From the NCBI GenBank assembly GCA_044892525.1, contig CM097887.1:88390397-88454396 (forward strand): DNA of 64,000 nt. The letters run 5' to 3'. A program made the translations under genes and the position numbers. Positions 60,760-64,000 of this stretch are shown here, one piece after another (within the stretch, counting starts at the first letter, position 1; the number at the start of each line of letters is the position of its first letter). The DNA comes from Schmidtea polychroa. Lineage: Eukaryota. The notes below the pieces were generated by a model. That model was not told where the DNA came from. It ran no database searches and was given only the letters and a program-made list of their open reading frames with translations.

Positions 60760-62267
60760 GTTATATAATTTTTTTTTGACACAATTATATGACATAATTG
60801 GTTATTATTAAAATTTTAAAAAATAATTAAAATTTATTTAAAAGCCAATAAAATTAAATGTAAAATAAATAAATAAATATTTTGGTAGTAATGATTAAAT
60901 AAATAATAAATATCATTAAATAAATATTTAATTTATCTAAATAAAATTACGGAATTTTATAAAATAGGTAAAGCATAATATTATCGTAGGGTATTCCAAC
61001 TATTAGTGTGATTCTGTAATTTAAAAATATTTATTTCTAATTTGTGATTTTTAATTAATTTTGGTAATTTTATGTTTTAATTATTATTAAAAAATATATA
61101 ACTTGATAAAAATTTGATTATGCCAATAAGTCGTGAATGAATTTTTGCAGCAAAAATTGTTAATACTTAAAAAATAATAATGAGAATAATAAATGAGAAT
61201 AAAATATTTTTTAATTAAAAGATACTCATAAATGTCAAGGTCATATTAATAAAAGAAAACCAATATACAAAATGCGTTTTAATAAATTACATATTGATCT
61301 AATAATATTATTATCATATGTAATCTTTACATCTCAAACCGAGAATTTACTGAATATTTGATTAAAATATGAAAATTACTTGAAATACATAACTTTTTGT
61401 TTTGAAAGTTAATAGAATAAATTAATCTATTATTTTCACTTTTATCTATTGACATTTAAGAATTAATTTGTAAATGTTATATTTTTGATAAATTGATAAA
61501 ACAATCGCGAACAATAAAGGTACAGATAAAAAAATATATTGATTAGAAAAAGATTATCCGCGTCTTTTTTGCAATATTTCTAACTTCTTTTGTTCTTCTG
61601 ATACATGACAAAGTCGACCAAAGTATATTTATAATTAAATAATTACAACTAATTCATAAAATGTACTACAAAATATACTTTTTGACACTTTTCAATGTTT
61701 CTCATTCACACGATTGTAAGATGCAAAAAATCCAGCACGACTTAATGAAAATAATAACCTGATATATTAACAGTCGTTTCCAATGATTTCTTACCTTTAG
61801 TTATTACAATAGGTTATCAAAACTAAAAATTATAACTTTCGAACGTTACAAAGGTTATTATATATGACAACAAAAAATGTTACCAGTAATGTTTATTAAA
61901 ATGTAATAAAAAGAATTTTCTGATTTATTTCTCTGAATATTTTCCACTCTTTCAGAATTCTAATCTTTCTCTTATTTTGATATATTTTTTCACAAAATTT
62001 CTAACTTTTAATTGGCATCAATGTTTTTATTTTTTGACTTTTTAATTTTTGCTTTCATAGTAAATCTGTGGGTGATTTATTAATTGATTTATTAATAATA
62101 ACAAAGATAAAAATAAGCATGATAACGACAATACGTACACAGCAGCACAATAAGTACAATAAAATAATATATACCTAACATTATAATCATGTTGTCATGA
62201 TAATGGTCCTCGAAATCAAATTCAATTTGTTTATATTATCGCTTGTTAATACAATGGACTTTTATTC

Positions 62268-63355
62268 TGTTAGAAGAGTTTGGAGAAATAAGATTTATTA
62301 TGACAAAAACGTATTATCCCTGCGGAAGAGGATCATATTGTAAGTATCTTGAGTAGGATACACACATGTATACATAATACAATAATACAGACACACATTA
62401 CGTAATATTCAGTCATAAAAATTCAATAAGCATAAATATTATTTCAAATAGGTATTATTTACCGTTATTCTACATCACCTTCGTTTTAAAATATTTGATC
62501 CTTTTAACATTTTTAAATTTCCATTCGATAATGAAATTTCTGTCATACAACTTCATTATTATTTTACCTAAACCCTCAAATCTATCTTCATTTTTATTTG
62601 CAACAAGTTTTTTTTAACAAAACAACATCTACAAATTCGAATTGGTCTTACTTCATTGAAAAATAATTCATCTTCTTTATTTCCTTGTTTTTCAAATTCT
62701 AATCTTTCTGATTTACTCTTTTCAATTAATAATTGTAGTTTACATAGTTCATCATTTTCATATCATTATCTGCCAATATTTTCCCCAAAAACAATTTGTG
62801 CAGAACTTATTGTTTCTAAATGGTTCTCTGTGTGGTAGGCTGTTATCACGAAATCTTTGCTGGTTTTGTGGTTGTGATTGTCAATATTTCTGAGCCAGAT
62901 ATTAGCTGCAATTTTGGACCAAATTTGCACAACTTCTTTTGAATGACTTCATAGCCACAATATCTTCGTTTATATTAATATATTTATTTTCTATTGAATT
63001 TTGCAATAAAGAGCAGGTAATTTCTCTTTCCATAACTCGTGTCTTAAGATTTTTTCTGCCTGTCGATCAATAATCTTAAAAACTCTTGATTTGATTCATT
63101 ATCTTTTTTGTAATGGACAGATTCATTCAAATCTTTTCCTAAATTTGAAAGTTTTTTGAAAGCCTTTCTGCATCTCTCTTCATAACTGTCAATTTCTTCA
63201 TTGACTCCTTTATATAAATTAGCCACTTCGGTTGACATAAATGATCATATGAATGTTTTTTGCAATTGAATTGGAGTTTGAGTTAAATCATAAAATATTT
63301 TAATTTCTTCTATGAAAATGTCCAGACTGTCTCCAATCGTAAAGATTTTCGGCGT
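62268..63355 (-). mobile_element. Short gypsy derivative: gag N-terminus joined to a decayed integrase-like tail, PPT and 3' LTR (62268-62474)
   Basis: Gag fragment homologous to 11255-11587; LTR homologous to 22833-23055 and 10826-11255; no RT seen. Confidence 0.72.
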
Positions 63356-63365
63356 TGGTATAGAC

Positions 63366-63430
63366 CAGTGATGTCCAACACAGTCGCCACTCGCCACATG
63401 TGGCGAGTGGGCTATGTGCTTGTGGCGAAT
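63366..63430 (+). mobile_element. hAT-type MITE end interrupting the gag fragment
   Basis: CAGTGATGTCCAAC followed by TCGCCACATGTGGCGA palindrome; other end not found. Confidence 0.55.
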
Positions 63431-64000
63431 GTAGCATTTTTTTTTATGTTTTATTTAATACTTCAATTCTATCCATAATACAAAGTTGTAACCAAAACAT
63501 AAACAACGACAAATTTTTATTTTGTAATCTTACATGCTAAGAAATGCTCATGGCAGATCCCGGTGTGTCAAATTTACGTACACATAGTGTCATGTGATTG
63601 TTTATTAAGAACTAAAATTTCGTTTTTAATTAATTTAGGTGTTTTCAAATAAACTAAAGTAATTTAAATGATTATTATTGTTATTTACCTGCATTGCTGT
63701 TGTTTACAATTGGGTTACAATGAAAAAAAAGGAGATAGCTCTACATTCTACAAAAAATATATTAATCTACCTCTTTCCTCTCATTATAATATGTAGCAAC
63801 TCAGTCAGTAACCGTATACCTGTCGTATACCGAAAAACACTATGTTAGCGTTATGAATGTAATAGATGTAGACAGCAGTACTTCTCTGTAAATTTATATA
63901 TAGACTGCTTTTTCCAACCAATGCACTATGTTCCAACTAACATTACGTACGTACACATAGTGAGACAGTAGGATGTTTTAAGTATCTGCACTCTCATTCA

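Overview
AT-rich metazoan genomic scaffold with five N-gaps. Short 45-55 bp introns and (AAT)n tracts would fit, for example, a free-living flatworm, but the host cannot be established from this window. Host genes: the 3' half of a clan-2-like cytochrome P450 (6.1-6.7 kb), a complete 8-exon importin-5 (12.7-17.3 kb, minus), and a large CLCA-like gene (34.5 to at least 60.8 kb, plus) whose introns are packed with transposons, a PSMA6 fragment and a hammerhead ribozyme. Most of the rest is mobile DNA: several Ty3/gypsy LTR elements (one apparently intact, 50953-56119), hAT and pogo/Tigger elements and MITEs, a piggyBac-like MITE and a Helitron-like element. The most unusual object is a CsRn1-like gypsy element (25215-33723, minus). 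An ORF starts inside its LTR, encodes a signal peptide plus an 8-Cys MANEC/MANSC domain, and reads through the LTR end and the PBS. It overlaps a long ORF that contains a transmembrane helix and a 76-aa ubiquitin-like domain ending in di-Gly, fused directly to Gag. A second, decayed gypsy element (2.9-5.4 kb) carries an FN3-like type I membrane ORF at the env position. All alignments were done by eye; no database search was run.
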